NCBI GenBank assembly: GCA_030154225.1
Contig: JASKKI010000006.1
Coordinates: 1 to 60,584 of the forward strand
Length of the DNA: 60,584 nt
Direction of reading: 5' to 3'
Origin: Clostridia bacterium
Lineage (GTDB): Bacteria > Bacillota > Peptococcia > Peptococcales > BICA1-8
The notes under the pieces are model-generated. The model was not told where the DNA came from and did not search any database. It saw only the letters and a list, made by a program, of their open reading frames with translations. Position 1 is the first letter of the stretch; every line of letters begins with the position of its first letter. Below, one piece after another: positions 19,630 to 29,683 of this stretch. Position numbers and translations under genes: made by a program.

Positions 19630-20634
19630 TCAAGAATTGGAATTAGAAATTTTATTTATTTCCTCCATTAAGATTTTAAAATTTTGAAATGTCAAAGATT
19701 GTTCTCCATCAGAATGTGCTTCACTGGGAACCGGATGTACTTCTATCATGAGCCCATCTGCACCAGCCGCTACCGCTGCTTTCGCCATAGGTTTAACTAA
19801 TTTCCACTTTCCTGTACCATGGCTGGGATCAACCACTATTGGTAAATGGGATAATTCTTTAATTAATGGCACAGCAGCAAGATCAAGAGTGTTCCTGGTG
19901 TAAGTCTCAAAGGTTCTAATTCCTCTCTCACATAAAATTACTTTAGAATTTCCACCTGCAACTAAATATTCGGCAGCTAATAGCCATTCCTCCAATGTTG
20001 CTGAAATACCTCTTTTTAACATGACAGGCTTATCAATCTGAGCTAACTCTTTTAGTAATGAAAAGTTTTGCATATTACGGGAACCAATTTGTAAGATATC
20101 AGCATATTTATAAACTATATCTACCTGGTTTACATCCATTACTTCCGTTATTACAGGTAATTGGCTAATCTTACCGGCTTCAGCTAAATATTTTAAACCA
20201 TTTTCACCTAGTCCCTGAAAAGAATAAGGAGATGTTCTAGGTTTAAAGGCGCCTCCTCTCAGAATAGTAGCCCCAACTTTTTTTACAGCTAAAGCTGTAT
20301 TTATTATTTGTTCTCTACTTTCAACAGCACAGGGTCCAGCAATTACCTGTAATGATCCTGCACCAAAAGTGCAATTACCAACCTGAATAACAGAATTGCT
20401 TACTTTATATTCTCTACTAACCAGTTTAAAAGGTTTGGTTATAGGAATGACTTTTTCCACAAAATTCATTGCTGTTAAAGCTATAAAGTCAGCTAAATTA
20501 CAATCATCTTTTATAGTAATAACAGTTTTTCCATCTATCTGGTAATACTGGGTTTCTAATTTTTGTTGAGCTAATTTATTTAATAAAAATTGAATTTGCT
20601 CATTACTACTACTTGGTGATAGTACAATTAGCAA
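19630..20634 (-). CDS. aroF: 3-deoxy-7-phosphoheptulonate (DAHP) synthase, class I-beta with N-terminal regulatory domain
   Basis: [50 protein letters not shown]. Confidence 0.95.
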   Translation of the reverse strand: MLIVLSPSSSNEQIQFLLNKLAQQKLETQYYQIDGKTVITIKDDCNLADFIALTAMNFVEKVIPITKPFKLVSREYKVSNSVIQVGNCTFGAGSLQVIAGPCAVESREQIINTALAVKKVGATILRGGAFKPRTSPYSFQGLGENGLKYLAEAGKISQLPVITEVMDVNQVDIVYKYADILQIGSRNMQNFSLLKELAQIDKPVMLKRGISATLEEWLLAAEYLVAGGNSKVILCERGIRTFETYTRNTLDLAAVPLIKELSHLPIVVDPSHGTGKWKLVKPMAKAAVAAGADGLMIEVHPVPSEAHSDGEQSLTFQNFKILMEEINKISNSNS

Positions 20635-20640
20635 TATATG

Positions 20641-21090
20641 TTACACCACCTTAATTTTCGACCAAATTTCAATTATTAATGGCCAATAATTTAGTAGCTC
20701 CTCCCTATTTAATATTAGAGCCATTACTTCCTTATTATCCCGTAAACTTTCTTTGTTAATTTTACCGGTAATAATTTTTTCATCTTTTTGAATAAATACA
20801 TTATATGAAGTAGTGGGTGAAAAAATTAAAGGACAACTATATTCTTCTTTATCAGGTAAATCAGACAATATTATTCCATTTAATTTACAAAAATAAATTA
20901 ATTCTTCTATCTCATATTTCGGCAAAGAATTAAACTCACCAATAATTGTTAAACAAAAGGGTAGTTTTTCAATAATATTTCTAATAGTTTCAGCGTTTTT
21001 TTGCGTTATAGAAAAGACTAGCCCTTGAATAGGAAAATGGGAGAGATACTTAATATCTTCTAAACATATATCTTTAAGAAAAATTCTCAT
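20641..21090 (-). CDS. Hypothetical protein; degenerate TrpF (PRA isomerase)-like N-terminal half
   Basis: IRNIIEKLPFCLTIIGEF...EIEELIYFCKLNGIIL resembles the TrpF segment (A.EII..LPPFV..VGVF...E....C.LD..QLHG), but KICG and QLHG are lost and the protein is short. Confidence 0.55.
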   Translation of the reverse strand: MRIFLKDICLEDIKYLSHFPIQGLVFSITQKNAETIRNIIEKLPFCLTIIGEFNSLPKYEIEELIYFCKLNGIILSDLPDKEEYSCPLIFSPTTSYNVFIQKDEKIITGKINKESLRDNKEVMALILNREELLNYWPLIIEIWSKIKVV

Positions 21091-21101
21091 ATTGTTCACC
21101 A

Positions 21102-21515
21102 TCAAGCAATTGTTCTATGGGCCAGACCTATAGAAACTTCATCTAAATGTAACAAACCTATTCCTAAAAAAACAGCTACACTAATATGATCATTATGTCT
21201 GGCAATACCTAATTTTCCACCAACATTTAGGCCCACAGCTTTGGGCATAATCTGAGATAATGCTTCTCTGGTTGCACCTGCTACTGCCCCTTCTTCCGAA
21301 TGGGTATCTTTTATAACTCCTTCTCTTTTTGCAGCAACAATGGCTCTTTCTACGATTTTTTTAACAGATGATAAATATTCTCCTCCACAATCTACTGCAG
21401 CAGTTTTAATTCCCATCTCTAAATAGTGTTGTTTAGCTTTTTGTTCTTCTTCTCTAGTCTCAGTTAATGACATCTTTATGGAAATACTAGCAATTTTTTT
21501 GCTACCGAAATTCAT
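21102..21515 (-). CDS. hutP: HutP family RNA-binding protein (clostridial type)
   Basis: ERAIVAAKREGVI...EEGAVAGATREAL, GKLGIAR, VAVFLGIGLLHLDEVSIGLAHR. Confidence 0.85.
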   Translation of the reverse strand: MNFGSKKIASISIKMSLTETREEEQKAKQHYLEMGIKTAAVDCGGEYLSSVKKIVERAIVAAKREGVIKDTHSEEGAVAGATREALSQIMPKAVGLNVGGKLGIARHNDHISVAVFLGIGLLHLDEVSIGLAHRTIA

Positions 21516-21558
21516 TTATTTCACTCCCAAAATAGCCTAGATTACCATTTTTAACTTA

Positions 21559-21623
21559 AAATAAGGCGCCGGGACAACAAGGCACCTTATTTGGATTATA
21601 GTATACTCTGGTAAATATTGCAA
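21559..21623 (-). promoter_or_regulatory. SigA promoter of hutP plus an overlapping 12-bp leader/terminator hairpin
   Basis: TTGCAA-17-TATAAT (21623-21595); AAATAAGGTGCC-N10-GGCGCCTTATTT (21592-21559). Confidence 0.6.
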
Positions 21624-22100
21624 CTAGTTCGGCTTTTCAACATCTATGGTTATTTTTTGCCCTTTATTAACATTTACGGTATGATTGGATACTTTAATAT
21701 TACCTGTTGTTGTCACTTTAAATATTAAATTTAAAGAATAACTGGAGTTATCTATGGTAACCTTATCACCAACTTTAACACTTAAAGATTGTTGTAAATT
21801 AGTAAAATCAGCAATCAATTCATCATTAACATAAATTTTAGCTTTAGGTAGGCTAAATATATAAGGATTTAGCAGTCTTAACGTCAGGTTATTAATATCT
21901 AAAGCTAAATCACCAGCAGGATAAACTATGTTTTCTTCAATTCTTTCACCTTCTAATTTATCTATTAAACTTATTGCTATGGAAAGAGGCCTAGATAACA
22001 ATAGAAATTGACAAAATATAACTAGAGTAAACAGAAAAATTACTAATTGAATTAATATTTTATTGCAAATATCAAATAAGTCCTTGTCTTTTAATGTCAA
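21624..22100 (-). CDS. Hypothetical membrane-anchored protein
   Basis: 158-aa ORF with GGAGG RBS, one N-terminal TM helix and a beta-rich C-terminus. Confidence 0.7.
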   Translation of the reverse strand: MTLKDKDLFDICNKILIQLVIFLFTLVIFCQFLLLSRPLSIAISLIDKLEGERIEENIVYPAGDLALDINNLTLRLLNPYIFSLPKAKIYVNDELIADFTNLQQSLSVKVGDKVTIDNSSYSLNLIFKVTTTGNIKVSNHTVNVNKGQKITIDVEKPN

Positions 22101-22130
22101 AGTAAACCTCCATAGTACGTATTTTACTAT

Positions 22131-23411
22131 TTAGGTTTTCCAATAATCCAATTTGTTAATCTTACTAGCAGCATCACCTGCAACATAGCCGGTCGAAAAG
22201 GCTGCCTGTAAATTGTACCCTCCTGTTAAACCATCAATATCTAAGACTTCCCCAGCAAAATATAATCCTTCAACCAATTTTGATTCCATTGTTTGAGGGT
22301 TTACTTCTTTGACATCTACTCCTCCCGCAGTAACAATTGCTTCAGTTAGAGGCCTTGGCCTAGTCACTGTTAAATCAAAGCCTTTTAAAATATTTATTAA
22401 ATTTTTTCTTTCCTCTTTAGTCATTTGGTGCATTGTTTTATCTGGTTCAATTCCCGAGAGTTTTATTATTACTGGAATAAGTTTTCTTGGTAGTAAATCA
22501 CCAAGACTATTTTTAATGTATTTATTGCTAAATTTCTCAATTTCTCTTTGTAATCTATTGTCTAATTGTTCAAAAGTTAATGCAGGCTTTAAATCTATAC
22601 TTAATATTAAATGTTTAGAATTTTTTTCCCAATAATCTACTGCCTTTCTACTAATAGTAAGTATTACTGGACCAGAAACACCAAAATGGGTAAATAACAT
22701 TTCTCCAAAGCCTTCTGCTAATTTTTTAGCCCTTTCAGTTTTAAGTAATATTTTGACATTCCTTAAACTTAAACCTTGAAGTTCTTTTATCCAATCCTCA
22801 TTAGTTTCCAAAGGAATTAAAGAAGCTCTAATAGGTATAATTTTATGCCCCAATTTTTGTGCCCACCGGTAACCGTCACCAGTGGAACCAGTTCCCGGAA
22901 AGGAAGCACCACCCGTTGCTATAATAACCTTCTCGCCCAAAATTTCTTTTCCATTATCTAAAATAATACCCGAGATTTTATTGTTTTTAGCAAGAATATC
23001 TTGAACACCAACCCCCTTTATAATAGTTACATTTTCTTGTTTTAAATATTTTTTAAAAGCTTCAACTATGTCTCTAGAGCTATCAGATAAGGGAAAAATT
23101 CTACCCCCCCGTTCTGTTTTTAATTTAACACCAAAATTATGGAGAAAATTGATTAAGTCAACATTGGAGAATGAAAAAAGGGAACTGTATAGAAATTTTC
23201 CATTTCCTGGGAAATTTTCGATTATCTCTTCTAGTTCACAGGAATTTGTAACATTGCAACGACCTTTACCGGAAATTAATATTTTTTTTCCTAAAATATT
23301 ATTTTTTTCAATTAAAGTAACTAGGGCTCCATTTTCAGCAGCTTTACCGGCTGCCATCATTCCACTGGCCCCTCCCCCTACAACAATAACTTTTGGTTTA
23401 TTATTTGACAT
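22131..23411 (-). CDS. HI0933/BaiN family NAD(P)/FAD-dependent oxidoreductase
   Basis: GGGASGMMAA, GKKILISGKGRCNVTN, GEMLFTHFGVSGP, TAGGV, GGYNLQAAFSTG. Confidence 0.93.
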   Translation of the reverse strand: MSNNKPKVIVVGGGASGMMAAGKAAENGALVTLIEKNNILGKKILISGKGRCNVTNSCELEEIIENFPGNGKFLYSSLFSFSNVDLINFLHNFGVKLKTERGGRIFPLSDSSRDIVEAFKKYLKQENVTIIKGVGVQDILAKNNKISGIILDNGKEILGEKVIIATGGASFPGTGSTGDGYRWAQKLGHKIIPIRASLIPLETNEDWIKELQGLSLRNVKILLKTERAKKLAEGFGEMLFTHFGVSGPVILTISRKAVDYWEKNSKHLILSIDLKPALTFEQLDNRLQREIEKFSNKYIKNSLGDLLPRKLIPVIIKLSGIEPDKTMHQMTKEERKNLINILKGFDLTVTRPRPLTEAIVTAGGVDVKEVNPQTMESKLVEGLYFAGEVLDIDGLTGGYNLQAAFSTGYVAGDAASKINKLDYWKT

Positions 23412-23492
23412 TAATAAAACCCCTCGAGACTATATTTCTCACTAATTCTAAGTTTAGTATAACACTATTGGTTAAAAAAGATAATAGAAAAA

Positions 23493-23526
23493 CCCTTTAA
23501 GGTCTGACATTTCAAACCTTAAAGGG
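23493..23526 (-). terminator. Terminator after glcF
   Basis: CCCTTTAAGGT...ACCTTAAAGGG stem followed by TTTTT on the minus strand. Confidence 0.7.
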
Positions 23527-23557
23527 ACACAATTAAACAATTCTTTAATATCTTTAA

Positions 23558-24859
23558 TTAGCTGGCTACCTTTTTATCCTCTGCTTCTTTGGCAGCATAA
23601 GATTTAGCCAAAATTTCCACTGTATAGTAAATGGGTAAATTTAAATCAAAACGGTTCATGCCATCAGTGATTTGCATAATACAAGAACCACAACCTGTAA
23701 CTATAGCATCGGCACCTGTAGCTTTAATAGCTTCAGTTTTATGCTTATGGATATCCATTGACAAATCATAATGGGTCAAACTAAAGGATCCTGCACTACC
23801 ACAGCAACGATCAGCGTTTTTCATTTCTACAAACTCTAATCCTGGGATTGCCTTTAAGATCTCCCGGGGAGAGTCTTTAACACCCATTCCTCTATTTAAG
23901 TGGCAGGGATCATGGTAAGTTACCTTCATGTTAACCGGTCCAAGTTTTACTTTATCTAAACCAATTTCTTTGACAATAAAATCGGAAATATCAATTATTT
24001 TAGCTGCAATAGCTTTGGCTTTTTCATAATATTCCGGGTCATCTTCTAGTAATTCTTGATAGTGGTGACCAAAAGTGCAGCCACATGATCCACAGGTAGT
24101 AATAATTGCATCCACATCAAGTTTACCAAAAATATCGACATGGGATTTGGCCATTTCTTTAGCAGTCTCAGCATCACCGTGGGCAATAATGGGCATACTG
24201 CAGCAATGTTGATCTTTGGGAATAACAATTTCCACATTATTCCTTTTAAGAATATTAACAACAGCTTTACCTGCGTCAACATAAAGATAATTCATTGTAC
24301 ATCCTGTAAAGAAAGCAACTTTTTTGACAGGATTATCAACTTTTACCACCTCAGGTAGTTGATCCCTTAAAGGGGTGGAAGCTAAAGGAGGTATAATTCT
24401 TTTTAAATCCAGGCCAAAGGGAAATCTAGGATAAGAACCATTTAAGGACTTATGTTTTTTAAAAACAAGGCCCTGGAATACACTTCCTGTTTTTAGTCCA
24501 AAGTTAAATAATCCAGGTCTTTTTAAAGTTCCAAAAATAAACTTTTTTAAAGGATGAAGACCTTTATTTTTAACAATAGCTGCCCTGGTACCTAAAATGA
24601 TTTTATCCACTTTAACACCACAAGGACACTTGGCATTACATGCTTTACAGGTTAAACACAGGGCCAGTTTCTCAGCAAAACCATCAGTATATTTTAAGTC
24701 TCCTTTTAAAACTGCCTCAACCAGCTTAATTTTCCCCCTAGCAACAGTACCTTCTTTACGTTCTTCCAAATAGATGGGACATACTTCCTGGCAGTTACCG
24801 CATTTCATGCATTTGGCCAATTCAGCTTTTACAGTTTCAAGGGAGTCATACATGGTCAT
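23558..24859 (-). CDS. glcF: Glycolate/lactate dehydrogenase Fe-S subunit (GlcF-like)
   Basis: CMKCGNCQEVCP and CLTCKACNAKCP, two CCG domains (YHDPCHL, CCGSAG). Confidence 0.9.
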   Translation of the reverse strand: MTMYDSLETVKAELAKCMKCGNCQEVCPIYLEERKEGTVARGKIKLVEAVLKGDLKYTDGFAEKLALCLTCKACNAKCPCGVKVDKIILGTRAAIVKNKGLHPLKKFIFGTLKRPGLFNFGLKTGSVFQGLVFKKHKSLNGSYPRFPFGLDLKRIIPPLASTPLRDQLPEVVKVDNPVKKVAFFTGCTMNYLYVDAGKAVVNILKRNNVEIVIPKDQHCCSMPIIAHGDAETAKEMAKSHVDIFGKLDVDAIITTCGSCGCTFGHHYQELLEDDPEYYEKAKAIAAKIIDISDFIVKEIGLDKVKLGPVNMKVTYHDPCHLNRGMGVKDSPREILKAIPGLEFVEMKNADRCCGSAGSFSLTHYDLSMDIHKHKTEAIKATGADAIVTGCGSCIMQITDGMNRFDLNLPIYYTVEILAKSYAAKEAEDKKVAS

Positions 24860-24861
24860 GA

Positions 24862-26253
24862 TTAATTCCCCCCAAACATTTTACCGGGATTTAAAATATG
24901 ATCAGGGTCAAGGGCATCCTTAATTTTCTGCATTACGGCTATCCCTTCTTGGCCAAACTCCCATTCCATATATTTAGCTTTAGCCATACCAATTCCATGC
25001 TCACCTGATAAAGTACCACCCAATTCAATAGCAACCTTAAAAATTTCATCAACAGCTTTGTGTACCCTTTCCATCTCTTCTTTATCTGATTCATCTGTCA
25101 AAATTGTTGGGTGGAGATTTCCATCTCCCGCATGTCCAAAAGTACCAATTTGTAGGTTATATTTTTTAGCAATATTTTTTAAAGCTTTAAGCATTTCTGG
25201 AATCTTACTCCGGGGAACAGTAGCATCTTCTAAAACAGTTGTTGGTTTCACCTGAGCTAAGGCAGGTAAAGCGGCACGACGGGCAGCAAAAATGCCATCC
25301 CTTTCAGCATCACTTTGAGCCAGTTTAATATCGACTGCTCCATTTTCTTTACAGATTTTTTGTACTGTATTAAATTCATTAACAACAACCTGTTCAATAC
25401 TACCGTCAACTTCAAGGATTAAAACAGCTTCAGCATCAGTTGGCAGGCCAACTTTGGCATAATTTTCTACAGTACGAATTGTAACATTATCCATGATTTC
25501 CAATGTAGCCGGAATGACTTGATTACTAATGATATCAGCTATAGTTTTACCGGCTTTATCTAAGTTGTCGAAAATGGCTAACATACTTCTTCGATATTTA
25601 GGGGCAGGTATTAATTTTACTGTAATCTCAGTAATGATACCTAAAGTACCTTCAGCACCAGTAAACAATTTTGTTAAATCATAACCACTAACATTTTTAA
25701 CTGTTTTACCGCCGGTACGAATTACATCACCATTAGCCATAACAACTTCCAGTCCCATTACATAATCCTTGGTTACACCATATTTTAATCCCCTTAATCC
25801 ACCGGAACATTCACTAACAGATCCCCCCATGGTAGCAGTGGTTACAGTCCCGGGATCAGGTGGATAAATTAAACCATATGATGCAACAGCTTCATTTAAC
25901 CTCTGGATTACCAAGCCCGGTTGTACCCTGGCGGTTAAATTTTCAGCATCAATTTCAACTATTTTATCTAACTTAAGCATTGATAATACAATTCCTTTTT
26001 TAATAGGAATTGTTCCCCCACTCAAATTAGTTCCAGAACCCCGGGTAATAAGAGGAATCTGATATTTATTGGCTAATTTAACAACAGCAACTACTTGTTC
26101 CTTGGTATCAGGAGTGACCACAACATCTGGTTCCTGACTAGGCATATCTGCTGTAGCATCAAATGAATAAGTTATCATATCTTCTTTAGAAGTAAGAACA
26201 TTTTCTTTACCTAAAATTTTTATTAATTCATTTAAAACTTCCTGGGAAAGCAT
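24862..26253 (-). CDS. glcD: FAD-linked glycolate/D-lactate dehydrogenase subunit (GlcD-like)
   Basis: RGSGTNLSGG, YPPDP, KYGVTKDYV, GHAGDGNLHP, SGEHGIG, LNPGK; start MLSQE after an AGGAGGG RBS. Confidence 0.92.
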   Translation of the reverse strand: MLSQEVLNELIKILGKENVLTSKEDMITYSFDATADMPSQEPDVVVTPDTKEQVVAVVKLANKYQIPLITRGSGTNLSGGTIPIKKGIVLSMLKLDKIVEIDAENLTARVQPGLVIQRLNEAVASYGLIYPPDPGTVTTATMGGSVSECSGGLRGLKYGVTKDYVMGLEVVMANGDVIRTGGKTVKNVSGYDLTKLFTGAEGTLGIITEITVKLIPAPKYRRSMLAIFDNLDKAGKTIADIISNQVIPATLEIMDNVTIRTVENYAKVGLPTDAEAVLILEVDGSIEQVVVNEFNTVQKICKENGAVDIKLAQSDAERDGIFAARRAALPALAQVKPTTVLEDATVPRSKIPEMLKALKNIAKKYNLQIGTFGHAGDGNLHPTILTDESDKEEMERVHKAVDEIFKVAIELGGTLSGEHGIGMAKAKYMEWEFGQEGIAVMQKIKDALDPDHILNPGKMFGGN

Positions 26254-26394
26254 CTTATCTCCCTCCTTAAAACAATTCAGAATAATTAAGAATAATCTAA
26301 ACAAATCCCCATATACGAGAAGGGGAGAATATTAATTCCCCCCCCCTAGTTCAATTAAATTTTAACTGATTTATTTTTATTATCTGACACTTAC

Positions 26395-28058
26395 TTAAAT
26401 CGGGAATGGATTAAATCCACTGTAAATGAATACAGCGATTATTGTTGCTACAGCAATACCATAGATGAAACATGGAATTGCATTTCTACGAATAAGTTTA
26501 CCTTCAACTCCTATGGTACCAACAGTAGCACAGGCAGCAACAACGTTGTTTACACAAATCATGTTACCAACGGCTCCGCCGATAACTTGTAGGGCAACAA
26601 TTAATACTTGTGGCATACCTAAAATTGTTGCAGTTTCAAATTGGAAGGAAGCAAATAAAATATTGGAAACGGTGTTAGAACCGGACATAAATGCTCCCAG
26701 TACACCGATGAATGGTGCAAAGAATGGGAACGCACTTCCTGCTATACCGGCCGCTGCTTTCGCCATAGCAGTCATCATACTATCTAAGCCACCGGCATTA
26801 ACACCGGAGTTAAGCATTAACTGTACCATAGCAACGCCGGCAAATAAAGCAATGGCAGCACCGGTAATTTGCTTAAAGGTATTACCCCAGGCAGTTTTTA
26901 CCTGTTCTCCACTCATACCATGAATTGCATGAGTAATTAATGCAACAAGAATAAATGGTATTGTTCCTGGTAAATAAGCCCATGCTAAACCATAGTTCAA
27001 ACCTTCAATACCCATAATATTAGGAATAACAATTTTTTGAGCAGCTAATAAAGGTTTTAATCCTAAGGAAGGAATACGGGTTACAACCAGGATTAAAGCG
27101 ATTAAAGCATATGGGGCCAGGCTTTGAGAAGAGGCATTTTAGCTTCTCCAACATCACCTGTATCAACAACGGATTTCCAATCTTCTTCCCATTCGGATTG
27201 TTGCGGGAAATCCCAGGGAGTTTTAGGGGTCAAGAAGTTATTTTTAGCAGCCCAGAGAACAATGGGTAATCCGATAAATGCGCCGACCAGGGATGGAAAC
27301 TCAGGGCCCAAGGTCCAAGCGGTAATTGAATATGGTACGGTGAAAGCCAAACCTGCAAAAATTGCAAAGGGAGCAGCAGCTAAACCACCGGCAATAGATT
27401 TTTCTTTACCAAAGAATTTGGTTAGCATACAGAGACCTAATAAAGGTACAAAGATACCAACCAGGGCATGGGGTATAGATACCCATTTTGCTAATACTAA
27501 TTTAAAGCTTTCTGCACCAGCAGCGTCTAAACCTGCATTTTTCAAGTTACCGGCCAATGTACTCATGGCACCAAAAATAGGTGTACCAACAGCACCATAG
27601 GATACTGGTGTACTGTTAAATATTAAAGCAACCATGGCCGCAGCTAATGGTGGAAAACCAAGACCTACCAGTAGTGGACCAGCCAGTGCAGCAGGGGTAC
27701 CAAAACCGGCAGCACCTTCAATAAATGCACCAAACATCCAACCAACTATAATGGCCTGGATACGGCGGTCCTTGGTAATACCCATGAAACCATTATTGAT
27801 AGTAGCCATAGCACCGGATTGTTTTAGGGTATTAAGAATTAAGATTGCACCAAAAATAATTATGAGAACATCAAGAGCTTTAAATACACCGAATAAAGAA
27901 TAACCTATAATATGTTGGAAGTCCATTTGCCAAACAGTAAGAGCAATTACTGCAGATAATAACCAGGAAATAGGTAAAGCTCTTTTAGCAGGCCAGTTAA
28001 AAGAAGCCATTAAAACAATTGTCACCAGAATTGGCAAAAACGCCATAAAAGCATACAT
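26395..28058 (-). pseudogene. lctP: L-lactate permease, split by a 1-bp frameshift near 27113-27118 (pseudogene or sequencing error)
   Basis: ORF 27102-28058 ([13 protein letters not shown]) ends LLKAW-PHML*; the shifted frame continues [20 protein letters not shown]... without a stop into ORF 26395-27015 (GSNTVSNILF, GNMIC). Confidence 0.9.
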
Positions 28059-28402
28059 AAAACGAATACCTCCTCACTAAATAAATAAATTTTTTTCTCT
28101 CTTTCTTTTCTTTATTTTTTTAACTACCCTCCTTTTGTTGGTATTTTGTTCTACATTATAAAATTTTAGCTATTTTTTGAAAAATTCCTTCTTTTTTTTG
28201 AATTTTTTTAAATAATTTTATTTATAAAATAATAAAAATAATTTATAATTTAACGATTGATTTTCTAGATACAATTTATAAAATTTAATTCTAAATTATA
28301 ACTTTTATTTTTTTTAATATTCTTTTTAACTTATAAAAATTTCCATTAAAAAAATTTATTTTTTGGATAAACTAATAAAAAGTTATTTTTGGAGGCTACA
28401 TT

Positions 28403-28906
28403 ATGAAGCAAACTATTGTGGGGGTTTTTAATTCAGAACAGCAGGCAGAACTGGCTCTAAAGGAGATAAGTTTTGATCGTTTGGCTAATGAAGAAATATC
28501 AATTCTAAAAATCAAACAACAATTTGAGAAGGAAAATGATGATATTGCACCAAATTCGCTAACTAGTACTAAACCTTTTAAAAATTTACAAGGTTTTACT
28601 ATTCAGGGAGCCAATTTTGAAATTACAGATTTAGGAGAAACTTTCATAGCAGGACCTTTGGCTGACCGAATTAAAAATAGTACTGCGCAAAACTTAACTG
28701 CAGCACTAATCAGTTATGGTGTCACTAAAGAAGAAGCAAAGGAGTATGAGAATCTGGCCAAAAAGGGCAAAACCCTTTTAGTAATCGAAACCAATTCTGT
28801 CAAAGCTAGTAATGTAGTCAATATTATGAGTGAATATGGTGGTAAGTCAGTTAATAGATGGAATAAAAATTTAAATCATAGTTTAAAAGTATTTAAATCA
28901 CCTTAA
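28403..28906 (+). CDS. Hypothetical general-stress/YflT-like protein
   Basis: GGAGG RBS; TIVGVFNSEQQAELA...AGPLA...LISYGVTKEEAKEYE...GKTLLVI pattern of YflT/general-stress proteins. Confidence 0.7.
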   Translation: MKQTIVGVFNSEQQAELALKEISFDRLANEEISILKIKQQFEKENDDIAPNSLTSTKPFKNLQGFTIQGANFEITDLGETFIAGPLADRIKNSTAQNLTAALISYGVTKEEAKEYENLAKKGKTLLVIETNSVKASNVVNIMSEYGGKSVNRWNKNLNHSLKVFKSP

Positions 28907-29620
28907 TCCAATACTTTTGCGCAACTGTTTTACTTCTTCACTGGTCAACAAACGATAGCTTCCCTTGGGAAGCTTTCCTAATTTTATAGGACCTACTTGA
29001 ACCCTTTTTAGATTTAATACAGGATGATTTACAGCTTTACACATCCTTCTGACCTGTCTATTTCTACCTTCATAAATAGTTACCTCTAATAAAGTACTAT
29101 TTTTCATTAATTTTAAGATTTTTACCCGGGCTGGTTCTGTTAACCCATCTCCTAATTCAATACCATTTCTTAACTGCTCTAAAGCTTTGTTATCTGGATG
29201 ACCTTTAACAAGAACCTCATAAACTTTATTTATTTTATACTTAGGGTGGGTTAGACGAAAGGCTAGTTGTCCATCATTGGTTAAAATTAATAAACCCTCT
29301 GTTTCATAATCTAAACGACCAACAGGATAAACCCTCTGATTAATGTCTTTTAATAAATCAATAACTGTTGGCCTACCTTGGGGATCTTTAACAGTAGTTA
29401 CATAACCGTCAGGTTTGTTTAATAAAATATATATATTTTGTTCCTCTTTTTCAATTGGTTTATTATTTACTTCAATACGATCAACATCTGGATCAACTTT
29501 TGTACCTAGCTTGGTCACTACCTTACCATTAATCTTCACCTTTCCTTGTAAAATTAATTCTTCACAACTTCGTCTAGAACCTATACCAGCATGGGCCAAA
29601 AATTTTTGCAACCTTTCCAA
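28898..29620 (-). CDS. rluB: Ribosomal large subunit pseudouridine synthase B
   Basis: ERLQKFLA S4 domain, NKPDGYVTT, PVGRLDYETEGL, EGRNRQVRRM. Confidence 0.93.
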   Translation of the reverse strand: MERLQKFLAHAGIGSRRSCEELILQGKVKINGKVVTKLGTKVDPDVDRIEVNNKPIEKEEQNIYILLNKPDGYVTTVKDPQGRPTVIDLLKDINQRVYPVGRLDYETEGLLILTNDGQLAFRLTHPKYKINKVYEVLVKGHPDNKALEQLRNGIELGDGLTEPARVKILKLMKNSTLLEVTIYEGRNRQVRRMCKAVNHPVLNLKRVQVGPIKLGKLPKGSYRLLTSEEVKQLRKSIGLR

Positions 29621-29683
29621 AAATATTCCTCCTAAAATTTTAGCAATCTTAGTAAATCTCTATAATTGGTATTTTAACATATT

